Source of the DNA: Eledone cirrhosa
Taxonomy: Eukaryota
Direction of reading: 5' to 3'
NCBI GenBank assembly: GCA_964016885.1
Contig: OZ024741.1
Span: forward strand, 167,648,001-167,712,000
Length of the DNA: 64,000 bases
Shown: positions 52,642 to 64,000 of the stretch, in pieces
How the letters are laid out: each line of letters begins with the position of its first letter
How positions within the stretch are numbered: the stretch's first letter is position 1
The notes under the pieces: generated by a model
What the model saw: only the letters and a program-made list of their open reading frames with translations
The model's database searches: none
What the model was told of the DNA's origin: nothing
Position numbers and translations under genes: made by a program

Positions 52642-53056
52642 GTTTGAATATGTATAATAAAGCCAAAACAATGCAGGTATGGACATAGAATAAAGAATGC
52701 AAATGCAAAAGATATTGTTGACAATTAGTCTTTTACCTTAGATTTATTTAAATGTCCTTAATTTTCGAGATAATATCTCTTCTTCAGAGGGAAATAAAGG
52801 TCTCAAACCAGCGTTCTAAGTACTTGGCAAGCTACTTAGAACGCTGGTTTGAGACCTTTATTTCCCTCTGAAGAAGAGATATTATCTCGAAAATTAAGGA
52901 TATTTAAATAAATCTAAGGTAAAAGACTAATTGTCAACAATATCTTTTGCATTTGCATTCTTTATTCTATGTCCATACCTGCATTGTTTTGGCTTTATTA
53001 TACATATTCAAACGTTTATACCTCATTACACAATGCTTCAAGTGAACTATAACCTC

Positions 53057-53060
<4 letters not shown>
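52635..53060. mobile_element. Near-perfect 386-bp foldback hammerhead element with 40-nt right tail, in (TA)n
   Basis: Arms 52635-52826 / 52828-53020; tail cctcattac...cctcctct 53021-53060; (TA)n on both sides. Confidence 0.9.
52862..52901 (+). ncRNA. Minimal type I hammerhead (mirror copy on - strand ~52755-52795)
   Basis: cCCU-CUGAAGA-a-GAGAUA-u-UAUCUC-GAAA-A-UUA-AGG; stem III AAUU is self-complementary (dimer type); triplet UUA. Confidence 0.75.
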
Positions 53061-53108
<48 letters not shown>

Positions 53109-53159
53109 ATTAAGTCAAATATGTAAAATTTGGTTTCGCTTATTATAAATTATAGATAT

Positions 53160-53214
53160 ACTGCTATATATATTTCGATGACAGCCATCATTGACTGTGA
53201 CCTCTTTAGGCAGT
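53160..53214 (-). ncRNA. Degenerate hammerhead homologous to 18673-18728
   Basis: ACUGC-CUAAAGA-gguc-ACAGUCA..UGGCUGU-cauc-GAAA-UAUAUAUA-GCAGU; core G5A change. Confidence 0.65.
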
Positions 53215-53363
53215 CTGAATTGGTGTGGGAAAGACAGGTACACATGTTGTTGAAGTGTGTTTTACTTCAATACATCGATATGTCCAGCTCCTGGTTGTGT
53301 TGTTATTCCTCTGAGGAACGGAAATCATATAAACAACCAACATATACTAAAAAAAAATATACA

Positions 53364-54612
53364 TATGATTGGCAAGAAAGTAATTTCGGTTTTTTCATGT
53401 GAAACAAGTAGTTTTTTTTTTTTTTTTTTTTCATACAAAGAATGAACTTTAATCAATTATATATCTTCCATTTTGTTCGATGACCTTTTGCCGTCGTTCT
53501 GGCAATTTCATGATTCCGTGCTCATAGAACTTCTGGTCCTTATCTGCCAAATACTGAAGCAAGTGCGATTTCAGGTCATCATTATTATTGAAAGTGTTAC
53601 CATTCAAAGAATTTTGCAAACTTCTAAATAAATGGTAACCTGATGGTGCAAGGTCAGGGCTATATGGTGGATGTGACATCACTTTCCAACCAAGCTCCAA
53701 TAATTTTTCACGAGTTAGCAATGACATGTGTGGTCTAGCGTTGTCATGGTGGAACATGATTTCTTTACGATTTGCCAATTCTCGCTGTTTTTCTTTGATT
53801 GCTTCCTCCAGTTTCATTAGTTGTTGACAGTAAACATCTGAATTGATCGTTTGGTTCCTTGGAAACAGCTCAAAATACACAACACCTTTGTAATCCCACC
53901 AAATTAACAGCATGAGCCTTTTTTTTTTTTTTTCTTCAATTCAGCTTTCGATGTGGTTTGTGCTGGTTCATTACACTTAGACCATAATCATTTTCGATTG
54001 ATGTTATTGTAAACAATTCATTTTTCATCACCTGTGATGATTCGTTTAAAAAAAAAGGCCAATTTCATTACGTTTGAGATGCATATCACAAATATTTATT
54101 CGTTGTGTTAAGTGAATCTCTTTCAATTTATGTGGAACCCAAATATCGAGCTTCTTAATGAGTCCAAGACATTTTAAGTGATTTTCAATTGTTGCGTGTG
54201 ATATATTTAACCTCTCTGCAATCTCACACAGTTATATGACAATCAGATTCAATTATGGCTTGGATTCGGTCATCAACTTCAGTAGGTCAACCAGAACGTT
54301 GGTAATTTTGAGTGAAAAATCTCAAAGGAATTTTTAAAACCATTTCTGACATGTGTGTTCTGTTAAGCAATTAGCACCATAAACTTCACATATCTCTTTG
54401 TGAGCCTCAGCAGCTTTCTTGCCTTTACGAAAATAAAAAAGCAAATCATGACACAGCTGTAAACAAAACTACATGCAATTTGCTTTTAAAGTAAGCTAAA
54501 AGTAGCAGCTATCAAATGTCAAAAGGAAAAAGTCATAACGTTGACTTGTCATTTAAAAAAATTGTAACTATTTATTTGAGAAAAACGAAATTACTTTCTT
54601 GTCAACCCAATA
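53364..54612 (-). mobile_element. Defective mariner transposon (mellifera-like TIRs), ~1.25 kb
   Basis: TIRs ttggcaagaaagtaatttcg / cgaaattactttcttgtcaacccaa-TA; transposase LLIWWDYKGVVYFEL...HHDNARPH...HPPYSPDLAPSGYHLF (third catalytic D to G); frameshifts upstream. Confidence 0.93.
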
Positions 54613-54685
54613 TATGTTTATATAATATTAAGGATACTATTTATAGTTATGTATATACTAAAACTTTTTATAGTTATGTATATTT

Positions 54686-54936
54686 TAAACCCTAAACAGT
54701 GAAGGTCAGTCATTTATTACTACCTTATTACCAGTAAGATAAATAGCTCAATGTAATAACATCAGTTGTTCTACAGAGCAGTTATATAGAATTCACAAGA
54801 ATCAAAGCTATGTTCAAAGCATTTATTCACTTACAATTGTTTCATCCAAACCTAGACTCCAAGCCTAGGTTTGGATGAAACAATTGTAAGTGAATAAATG
54901 CTTTGAACATAGCTTTGATTCTTGTGAATTCTATAT
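54686..54936. mobile_element. Foldback element with half hammerhead and left tail
   Basis: Perfect 72-bp arms 54784-54855 / 54865-54936 with a 9-nt loop; GAAAC-AAUU-GUA-agugaa at 54877. Confidence 0.82.
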
Positions 54937-55945
54937 GTTTATATATATATATTTCAATGATAATAGAAGGCTGGATTCCAATATAATCCTTTACTTGCTT
55001 GTCATTTGACTGGCGCATCATTTGAAAGGATTTTTTCGAGTCTGATATTTATTTTGTCTCCTTTTGTTGAATTGTTAAGTTACTGTAAATGTAAATACAA
55101 ATACACACACACAATGTCATGCTTCTACACAGATTCTGTCTACTAAATTCTACTTGCAAGGCATTTGTCAATGCATGGCTATAGAAGAAATTTAGCCAGA
55201 GTACCAAGCAGTAGAATTGAACCTAAATCTACATGATTGTGAAGTGAACTCCTTAACTCCATAGCCATGCCTATATAGAAACATGGCTGTGTGTGTTCAT
55301 ACCTTTGTTTATGTTAAGTTTAAAAACTGGTGTTTATGCTTGTCTCTCTATTAATTCAGTTTGACTAATAGAAATACATAAAATAAGTACTAGACTGCTA
55401 CATACACTGAGGCCGATACTTTGAAGGCTTCAGTATGGCTGCAGTCAAATGTCTGCAAATGGTAAAAGAAAGAAAATAATAACAATACACAAGTTACAAA
55501 ACTATTATCATATAACAGTAATCATCCTTCTGGTGGTTTCAATGATCAACAATTCAGTTCAATCAACTGAATGTCCAACACCCAAATTGATGTGTAAGTG
55601 GTTGAGTGCTCTACAGACACATGTACCATCAGCAGGTATGAGTATTCCCAAGCCAGATAAATGTGACACAATGTGACAATACCTGATGTTTTATGAAGTT
55701 CTATAGTTTCCATCTACCCAATTTCACGCATGAAGCTTTGGTCAACATGAGGCTATTATAAACTTCTTAACCACTCAGCCATGCCTGCATCTATAACAAT
55801 ATAACATTGAAGTTACTAAACTACTGTTATATAACAACTAGTGTTATTTGTCATATGACAGATCATTTTGGGGAGTATGTTTACCACTGTGGGTAACAAT
55901 AGGTAAATACATAAAAAAATGTAGAATTGTATTAACAAAAATATA

Positions 55946-56046
55946 CAGGGTGTTCTCAAAAAATGTATACACACTTTGATTACCTGTACAGGCAATATTT
56001 ATTAGAATGCTGTTGAAGTGTGTATACATTTTAGGGGGACACCCTG
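55946..56046. mobile_element. 101-bp Tc1/mariner-type MITE
   Basis: TA-cagggtgttctcaaaaaatgtatacacactt ... aagtgtgtatacattttagggggacaccctg-TA. Confidence 0.85.
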
Positions 56047-56519
56047 TATATATTCACTACTGCTGTATTTTGTTGAAATGATTCATTTTATTGCTCATGC
56101 CCCAACACTACAAATATGGTATTTTTAAAAAAGCAACGATTTGAGAAAAAGGATAAAAGAGTTAAAAGGCATATATATTTTCATACAACTTTACTCCAGT
56201 CATGAAAATAATGAGGAAAAAGTGAAAAGAAAATCTAAATATTGTACATTCCATGTTGTGCCAGCAGATGACAATTACTTGTGTATATGTGAACATGTGT
56301 ATGTGTGTGTATATGTGAACATGTGTATGTGTGTGTATATGTGCCTCTCTGACTGTCTCACTCTTTGCCTGCCACTCTGCTTAATATGTATATTCCTCCT
56401 GCAACCTATACTGTAATTCTTTCTATCTGTAGCTCCTTTTTACTCTTTCTTCCCTTCTCTATATTAAATATACATCTGACAGACCAACTAGGCACATTGG
56501 ATATTATATATTTTCCAGC

Positions 56520-56655
56520 ATAGTTACGTCCCTTTACGGTCTGAGTTCAAATCCTGCCGAGGTTCACTTTGCCTTTCATCCTTATGGGGTCGATAAAATA
56601 AAGTACCAGTAATGTACTGGGTAATTGCTGGCCTTGTGCCAAAAGTAGAAACAAT
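56520..56655 (+). mobile_element. 5'-truncated Meta/MESC-like SINE
   Basis: Matches 49325-49458. Confidence 0.8.
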
Positions 56656-57480
56656 ATATTAAAGGTGGATAGGGCATGGACAAATGTTAAGACTTCACTT
56701 AACAATTATTAGGTCTCAAAGTCAATCCAACTGCATGGCATCTTGGACGAGTGTTATTTACCATAGTCTTGGGTTGACCCATGCCTTCTAAGTTAGGTTG
56801 GGTAGGGAGAAACGTTTGTCAGATGGATTGTGCTTATCATTTGAAGGGGGCCCAGCCTTGTCATGCACTGTCCTGCTGAATAATCATCACTATTTTTTTG
56901 TCTATTTTCCATGCTGGCATGTATTAGATCGGTTATCATGTTCTATGGCTAGACAGATCAGATGAATGTGTCTCACTCATATGTTCCCTTCTGGCATGGT
57001 TTCTCTGGCTGGATGACTTTCCTAATGCCAACCACTTCACAGCATGTACCTGGTGTATTTTGTCACCACCACTACCACTACCACTACCACATGACAGGGT
57101 GGACTGAATACATTTTATTGTGATACCAGTACTACCACTTTACAGTGTGGGATGAGTACATATTTATGTGGACTGAAAGAATTGTTTTAATGGAACATAT
57201 CTGTGGAATGCTCAGACACTTTCACATTAATTTCATGAGCAGGCTGTTCCAAATAACTGGAACACTGATTGTCAAAACTAAAGGTCTATTTTATTCCATT
57301 CCATGTATCAAAGATACTTAACTTCCTAAACTATTGTGAAATAAACAGTAATTAAAAAATTACTTTTACACAATATAGACATTAAAGAAATCAATGAAAC
57401 TACTATACTTTGGGTCATGCTGCTAATAAAAACCCATGCACCATTGAATTTCACTTCAGTTTTATTATTAGTCAGGTAAC

Positions 57481-57710
57481 TAGGGTGGTGGATTGGCAGT
57501 ATCGTTAGAGCATCAAATTTTGTGGTATTTAGCTATGACTCTTTACATTGAGTTCAAATTCTGCCACGGTCAGTTTTGCTTTTCATCCTCCAGTGGAAGA
57601 TGGGGGTTGATAAAATAAAGTACTGATAAAATGTCAAGTACTTGGGTTGATTGGATCGACTTTTCCCTCCCACCAAATTGCTGAACTTGTCCCTCAATCA
57701 GAAAACATTA
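57481..57710 (+). mobile_element. Diverged Meta/MESC-like SINE
   Basis: agggtggtggattggcagtatcg...gagttcaaattctgcc...gataaaataaagtac. Confidence 0.72.
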
Positions 57711-58003
57711 TCAGGTAGCTAATTTATTCCTCGGTTGGTTTAGTAACTAGATGGTTATTTAATTGACAGTTCTATTGTCACACATTTTGAGACTTTCTCA
57801 ATGGCTGTTCTTGCTTTGCTGTGTATTCATTTTGATTTTTCTTTTTATTTATCTATCTTGTGACAAGATGGAGTAACTAACACAAATACAAAAGCAAAAT
57901 ATTATATAATATTTCACAATTTACTAGATAGAAACATGGGATTTCATATAACTTAATTGACTTCCCAGACATCTAGTTTTTCTTTATTGATGTCAATTTG
58001 CAG

Positions 58004-58043
58004 AAGTGCTATCTTCAAAAGCTGTCTACATGTTTCGGTGTAT
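58004..58043 (+). CDS. Possible further exon (xVLSSKAVYMFRC, or KCYLQKLSTCFGV in frame 0)
   Basis: tttttctttattgatgtcaatttgcag acceptor and gtaagt donor; reading phase uncertain. Confidence 0.3.
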
Positions 58044-58199
58044 GTAAGTGTTTCTGAGTATATATGCATATGTTTGTGTATGCATATGTGTGCAAGATAA
58101 CAATATATATATATAAATTATATAATTATATTGTATAATAGAGTAATAGTTGTGTTGTTGCATATGTGTTTGTGTGTGTGCGCGCACACTCTTATGTTA

Positions 58200-58940
58200 T
58201 ATCATAGATTATACTTTTGTTATATATATATCATAATATATATACTTAGATATGTTATCGTATATATATCATATAACATATATGTATACTTATCATATAT
58301 ATATATATCATAAAACATATATATACTTGTATATGTTATTGTATATATATATCACCATTTTACGTCCGCTTTTCCCTGCTTGCAAGGGTGGGACGGGAAC
58401 TGATTCTGCCTTTACAGCTGCAAGCCCTTCCTAACACCAACCTCATTTACTGTGAGTGCTGGGTGATTTTTTTTTTTTTTTTTTTCCGTGGCGCCTACAC
58501 GACCACTTTACAGTGTGGGCTGGGTGCTTTCTTTTTGCTGTGGCACCTCCACGACCACTTTGCAGTAGAATGATAGGGACCCCAGTCCCTATCATCTCAT
58601 TTCTACAGCTGAGTGAACTGGAGCAATGTGAAATAAAGTGTCTTGCTCAAGGAAATAACACATCACCTGGTCTGAGAATTGAACTCGCAACCTTTTGATT
58701 GCAAGGCCAATATCATATAACATATATATATACTTGTATATGTTATCGTATATATAACATATATATAACATATATATATATACTTGTATATGTTATCGTA
58801 TATATATCATATATATATACTTGTATATGTTATCGTATATATATCATATATATATATATACTTGTATATGTTATCATATATATATCATGACATATTTATA
58901 TATATACTTATGTTATATCATATATCTATGTTATCATATA
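58200..58940. repeat. TA-derived minisatellite (tatacttgtatatgttatcgtatatatatca) split by a SINE
   Basis: Units on both sides of 58352-58710. Confidence 0.8.
58352..58710 (-). mobile_element. RTE-tailed tRNA SINE, head truncated
   Basis: Matches 25812-26122. Confidence 0.9.
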
Positions 58941-59132
58941 ACGAAGATGTGGTAAGGAACCAGATGGACTGTAACGCACCAGAGTACTCAATACTTAGGG
59001 TAGTAGAATGGGTAATAGGAAAATGTATGACCCCTACGGCAGAGCTCAAGCCATTTCGATGGCTATTTCTGGAGTCCAGAAATAGCTGTCGAAACAGCTT
59101 GAGCTCTGCCGTCGGGGTCATACATTTTCCTA
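58941..59132. mobile_element. Foldback element with half hammerhead and left tail
   Basis: Arms 59016-59073 / 59075-59132; arm consensus GAAACGGC-uuGAGCUCu-GCCGUC-gggguc; related to 38131-38303. Confidence 0.82.
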
Positions 59133-59154
59133 CATCTTATATCATATATATATA

Positions 59155-60195
59155 GATTTTATATGTGGCCGGTGCTCTGGTGTAATAAGTAGCAAGTGCC
59201 CACAGAATACTAGCTCATTCCATTGCACAGATGGTTCTAAAGAAATAGTGGTCACCTTCCGTTACCTGGGTGACAAAATCAGCAGTGGTGGAGGGTGCTC
59301 CGAAAGTACTGTAGCTAGTCAGAATGGGATGGAAAAAGTTCAGAGAGATTATACCACTATTGGCTGCTAAAGGGTTCTCTCTAAAAAGGAAAGGCAGGTT
59401 GTATGATGCCTGCATACGAACAGCAATGTTACATGGCAGTGAGACCTGGGCATTGTGTGCAGAGGATATACGCAGACTGGAGAGGAACGAAGCATGCATG
59501 CTCCATTGGATGTGTAATACGTGAACGGCAAAGCATAAACGAACTAAGGGAGAAATTAGGAATAAGAGGATCAGATGCTGTTTGCTCGAGAGAAGACTAT
59601 GTTGGTACGGTCATGTGATGCGCATGAAAGACGACCGCTGTATAAAAAAGTGCAGGGCAATAAAAATAGACGGTAGTCACGGAGTAGGCAGACCCAGAAA
59701 AACCTGAGACGACTTGATAAATTCCGACTTCACACACTTACACCTCTCCAAGAATAATGTCACTGGACCGAGATCTTTGGCGCTACACAGTCATAGAGAA
59801 GACCCGCCTTACCTAAGTACAAAGTGAAACCTACAGTCAGTAGGCACCTCTAACAAAAATACACCCCCTTCCCATTACCCCCACCCCATCCACACCACCC
59901 CTTTCAATGTAAAGTTATGTTGGTACCAATACATCCAGTCCAAACTAATGAGGTCGTGTAGGTGTCACGACAAAAAAACAGTCCACGCTGTAATGTGGCC
60001 GTGTAGGTAACACGGTAAAAACCTCCCAGTCCACACTGTAAACGTGGTTGGTGTTAGGAAGGGCATCCAGCCGTAGAAAACCTGCCAGACAGTCCTATGC
60101 GAGCAAGACAACCACTCTTGCCTCAAGTGGGAAAACTCCCGTCCAAACCCATGCAAGCGTGGAAGATGGAGGTTAAACGATGGCGGCGGCAGCGG
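59155..60195 (+). mobile_element. 5'-truncated RTE LINE with 3' UTR
   Basis: GWKKFREIIPLLAAKGFSLK.KGRLYDACIRTAMLHGSETW; same subfamily as 61508-62757. Confidence 0.92.
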
Positions 60196-60202
60196 CAGTG
60201 TT

Positions 60203-60530
60203 TCATTTAGGTCCACTTTTCCCTCCTGCTTGCAAGGGTGGGACGGGAACTGATTCTGGCTTGATTTCTACAGCTGGATGCCCTTCCTAACACCAACCTC
60301 ATTTACAGTGAGTGCTGGGTGCTTTTTTGCCGTGGCACATCCACGACCACTTTGCAGTGGAATGATATGGACCCCAGTCCCTATCATCTCATTTCTACAG
60401 CTGAGTAAACTGGAGCAATGTGAAATAAAGTGTCTTGCTCAAGGAAACAACACATCACCCGGTCTGAGAATTGAACTCACAACCTTTCGATTGCAAGCCC
60501 AATGCTCTAACCACTAAGCCATACACCTTC
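60203..60530 (-). mobile_element. RTE-tailed tRNA SINE
   Basis: Matches 25812-26151. Confidence 0.9.
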
Positions 60531-61079
60531 ATATGTACATATACATATTTAATGTCTTTAAACATCAGTGTGTGTGTGTAATATATATACACACATCCTA
60601 CCCTGGCAAGCAGGGAAAAGTGGGAGTAAAATGATGACATACAAACTCACACACTTGCACACAGACATATATGCAGAGACACGGCTATTAACTCTGTGTT
60701 CCAGTTGACATTCTGCGGCCATGCTAGGGCACCGGCATTAGAGAGCTATATAGAGGTTTGATATATATATATATAGTGGATTTCTTGGTGTCAATCCTGA
60801 TTAGATGAAAAGAATGAAATATTTTTCAGCTGACATCGAAGAGTTTTATTGTATATACATGTGTAGTGTGCTTGTGTGTGTGTGTTTGTAACAATATATT
60901 TCTTCATTTTACTGTCATTTGCTTTGTCATTTGTTTGCCTTTTGCATTGTTTACATACCAACACAGGAGCAAGAATGAAGCATTCATTCTACTGACATGA
61001 CTTTAAAATTGAGGCTTGTTTGCCTAATTGCAAACAAATCGAATGTTATTAATATTCAAAAAACTCTGATTACATTTAT

Positions 61080-61508
61080 TATATAGCTATATATATATAT
61101 ATAATATATATTATATCTATATATATATATATATATTATATATATATAATATATATTATATATCTATAATATATATAATATATATTATATATATTTATAT
61201 ATATATATATATTATATATATATAATATATATTATATATATATAATATATATAATATATATTATATATATATATATATAATAAATATATATTATATATAT
61301 TTGTATATAATATATATATATATATTTGTATATAATATATATAATATATATTATATATATTTGTATATAATATATATAATATATATTATATATATTTGTA
61401 TATATTATATATAATATATATTATATATATTTGTATATAATATATATTATATATATTTGTATATAATATATATAATATATATTATATATATTTATATATA
61501 ATATATAT
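61080..61508. repeat. Pure AT microsatellite/minisatellite (tatataatatatatt variants)
   Basis: Direct reading; similar tract at 62757-62960. Confidence 0.92.
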
Positions 61509-62757
61509 CATCATCATCATCATCAACGTTTAACGTCCGTGTTCCACGCTTGCATGGGTTTGGACGGGGGTAGTCCCACTTGAGGTAAGAGTGATTGTCT
61601 TGCTCGCATAGGACTGTCTGGCAGGTTTTCTACAGTTGGATGCCCTTCCTAACACCAACCACATTTACAGTGTGGGTCTGGGAGGTTTTTACCGTGTTGC
61701 CTACACGGCCACATTACAGCGTGGACTGTGTGTTTTTTGTCGTGACACCTACACGATCTCATTTGTTTCGGCCTGGATGGCGCGGCACCAACATAACTTT
61801 ACATAGAACGGGGTGGTGTCGATGGGGTGGGGGTGGGGGTGGTGGGACGGGGTGTATTTTGTTAGAGATGCCTACTGGCTGTAGTAGGTTTTACTATGTA
61901 TTTAGGTAAGGCGGGTCTTCTCTGTCCAGTGACATTGTCTTGGAGAGGTGTAAGTGTGTGAGGTCGGAGTTTATCAGCTCGTCCCAGGTTTTTCTACATC
62001 TGCCTATTCCGTGGCTACCGTCTATCTTTATTGCCCTACACTTTGTTATACAGCTATCGACTTTCATGCGCATCACGTGTCCATACCAACGTAGCCTTCT
62101 CTCGAGTAAACAACATCTGATCCCTCTTATTTCTAATTTTTTCCTTAGTTCGTTTATGCTTTGCCGTTCACGTATATTACTGTTACACATCCAACGGAGC
62201 ATGCAAGCTTCATTCCTCTCTAGTCTGCGTATATCCTCTGCACACAATGCCCAGGTCTCACTGCCATGCAACATTACTGTTCGTATGCAGGCATCGTACA
62301 ACCTGCCTTTCATTTTTAGGGAGAACCCTTTAGCAGCTAATAGTGGTATAAGCTCTCTGAACTTTTTCCAACCAGTTCTGACTCTAGCTACTGTACTTTC
62401 AGAGCACCCTCCCCCACTGCTGATTTTATCGCCCAGGTAACGGAAGCTGTCCACTATTTCTATAGAACCCTCTGCGCAATTGAAAGAGCTAGTATTTTGT
62501 GGGCACTTGCTGCTACTTATTGCACCAGAGCACAGGCCACATGTAAAATCTATGTTCTTAGTTAGCTTACCTGTGATCACACTACATCTTTTATGCACCC
62601 ATACTTTGCATTTAGGACATAAAATGGAGTTTCTACCTACCACTTTCCTACACACTGAGCATGACCATTTCCCAGAAGGGACCGCCGCCTTATTTTCTTT
62701 CCTACAAACTAGAACTTTAGTCTTAGCCAGGTTAATTTTAAGTCCTTTTGATTCTAG
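61508..62757 (-). mobile_element. 5'-truncated RTE LINE with open C-terminal ORF and complete 3' UTR
   Basis: CRK.VGRNSILCPKCKVWVHKRC...SFRYLGD...LHGSETW...RRLRWYGHVMRM; (tga)n end at 61508. Confidence 0.95.
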
Positions 62758-63060
62758 ATATATATTATATATATATATAATATATATATATTATATATAT
62801 ATATATAATATATATAATATATATTATATATATAATATATATAACATATATATATATATAATATATATATATATTATATATATATATAATATATATATAT
62901 ATATAATATATATATATTATATAATATATATATATATTATATAATATATATATATATATAGAGAGAGAAATATATAAAAGGTAAACAGAAATAACAAAAC
63001 AAATGATACATTATATGGAAAGAATATATTAGTTTAACGCTTGAAATAGGAGGAAAAGGG

Positions 63061-63096
63061 TCTTAACGTTTTAGACACTAGTCCTTCATCAGAAGA
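63061..63096 (-). ncRNA. Minimal hammerhead motif (G12A) in a TA-bounded pLTR-like segment
   Basis: UCUU-CUGAUGA-aGGAC-uagu-GUCU-aAAA-C-GUU-AAGA; stem I UCUU/AAGA; self-complementary stem III ACGU. Confidence 0.6.
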
Positions 63097-63478
63097 ATGA
63101 GTAATTTGAAAGTTTGAGGGGATGGGCAGGATGGAATTTAAAAAAAATTTTTTTAGAGAAAAATAATAGGTCCATTCATGTTGTCATCTCTCATATATAT
63201 TTTCACATATATATATTTTCACATATATATATAGAGCATGAGCAGAATATGCACACAGAACTATTACATAAGATAAACGGATAACAGCATCTCAAAACCA
63301 TCAAACAGCTTGCTGGCATACAATTTTGCTCATTAAGTGGTATTGTACTTGTAATACCAGTTTGTACATCAGATTGGAGAACCACTCTTTTAAGATGCAT
63401 GTGAGACAATAACAAAATAAAGGATGGATAGGAAAATTACAGGTGCCTTTCAACAAAAGCAGATAAATATATAGACAT

Positions 63479-63850
63479 ATGAAAAAGAATGAAACGAAAT
63501 TTCATTTCTCACTCTTATTACGGCTGATACTTAAATGTAAGTATGTATGTATACGTACATACATATATGTATACAGACGTACAGTAGTATGTATATATAC
63601 ATACATGCACACATATATATATATATGTACGTATGGGTTTACCGAACATTTATTATAATGTTCGGTTTGTTTGTAAACAAACAGCCCGAATTACGCCGTA
63701 CAGTGTTTAGGCAACCACGTCACCTTTTTGTTCAACACTGACACAGGAACGTCTGTATACATATATGTATGTACGTATACATACATACTTACACTTAGGT
63801 ATCAGCCGTACTAAGAGTGAGAAATGAAATTTCGTTTCATTCTTTTCCAT
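63479..63850. repeat. Inverted repeat, ~102-bp arms with a 168-bp spacer
   Basis: 63479-63580 / 63749-63850; inner hairpin accgaacatt/aatgttcggt at 63641-63666. Confidence 0.85.
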
Positions 63851-63971
63851 TTATCGTTTTCGGTGCGCCCAGCCGACTAACTCACTCGATAAGCAAATTA
63901 GGCTGCTCAGCCGTTAATATGCATAAAGAAAGTATATACTTTCAGACGTTCAATCTGACAGAAAGGTATAC

Positions 63972-64000
63972 GATGCTGATGATAGCTAATAAGCTTGAAA
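63972..64000 (+). ncRNA. Hammerhead core truncated by the window edge
   Basis: CUGAUGA-u-AGCU-aaua-AGCU-u-GAAA; stem III and the 3' strand of stem I fall outside the window. Confidence 0.5.

Overview
AT-rich, repeat-dominated eukaryotic DNA, most likely from an octopus/cephalopod (inferred from the SINE and RTE-LINE repertoire). 1-15.9 kb is a 33-bp satellite (~480 units, with higher-order blocks) that produces the giant ORFs. The rest is nested, mostly decayed mobile DNA in and around (TA)n tracts: RTE LINEs and RTE-tailed SINEs, CORE- and Meta-like SINEs, two Penelope-like elements (PLEs; Neptune-like and Naiad-like), CRE-, R4/Dong- and CR1-like fragments, a mariner, MITEs, and a TIR-bounded 5.2-kb element carrying a second satellite. 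Three small, frame-compatible + strand exons (38570-46870) splice into a PTB-like peptide, so much of the window is probably intronic. The most striking unexplained structure is a set of mostly unrelated 100-390 bp near-perfect foldback palindromes in (TA)n. Each carries a whole or half type-I hammerhead ribozyme and a one-sided 30-100 nt tail, and in three the fold apex lies inside ribozyme stem II. About a dozen hammerhead motifs were folded by eye. No database search or folding software was run.
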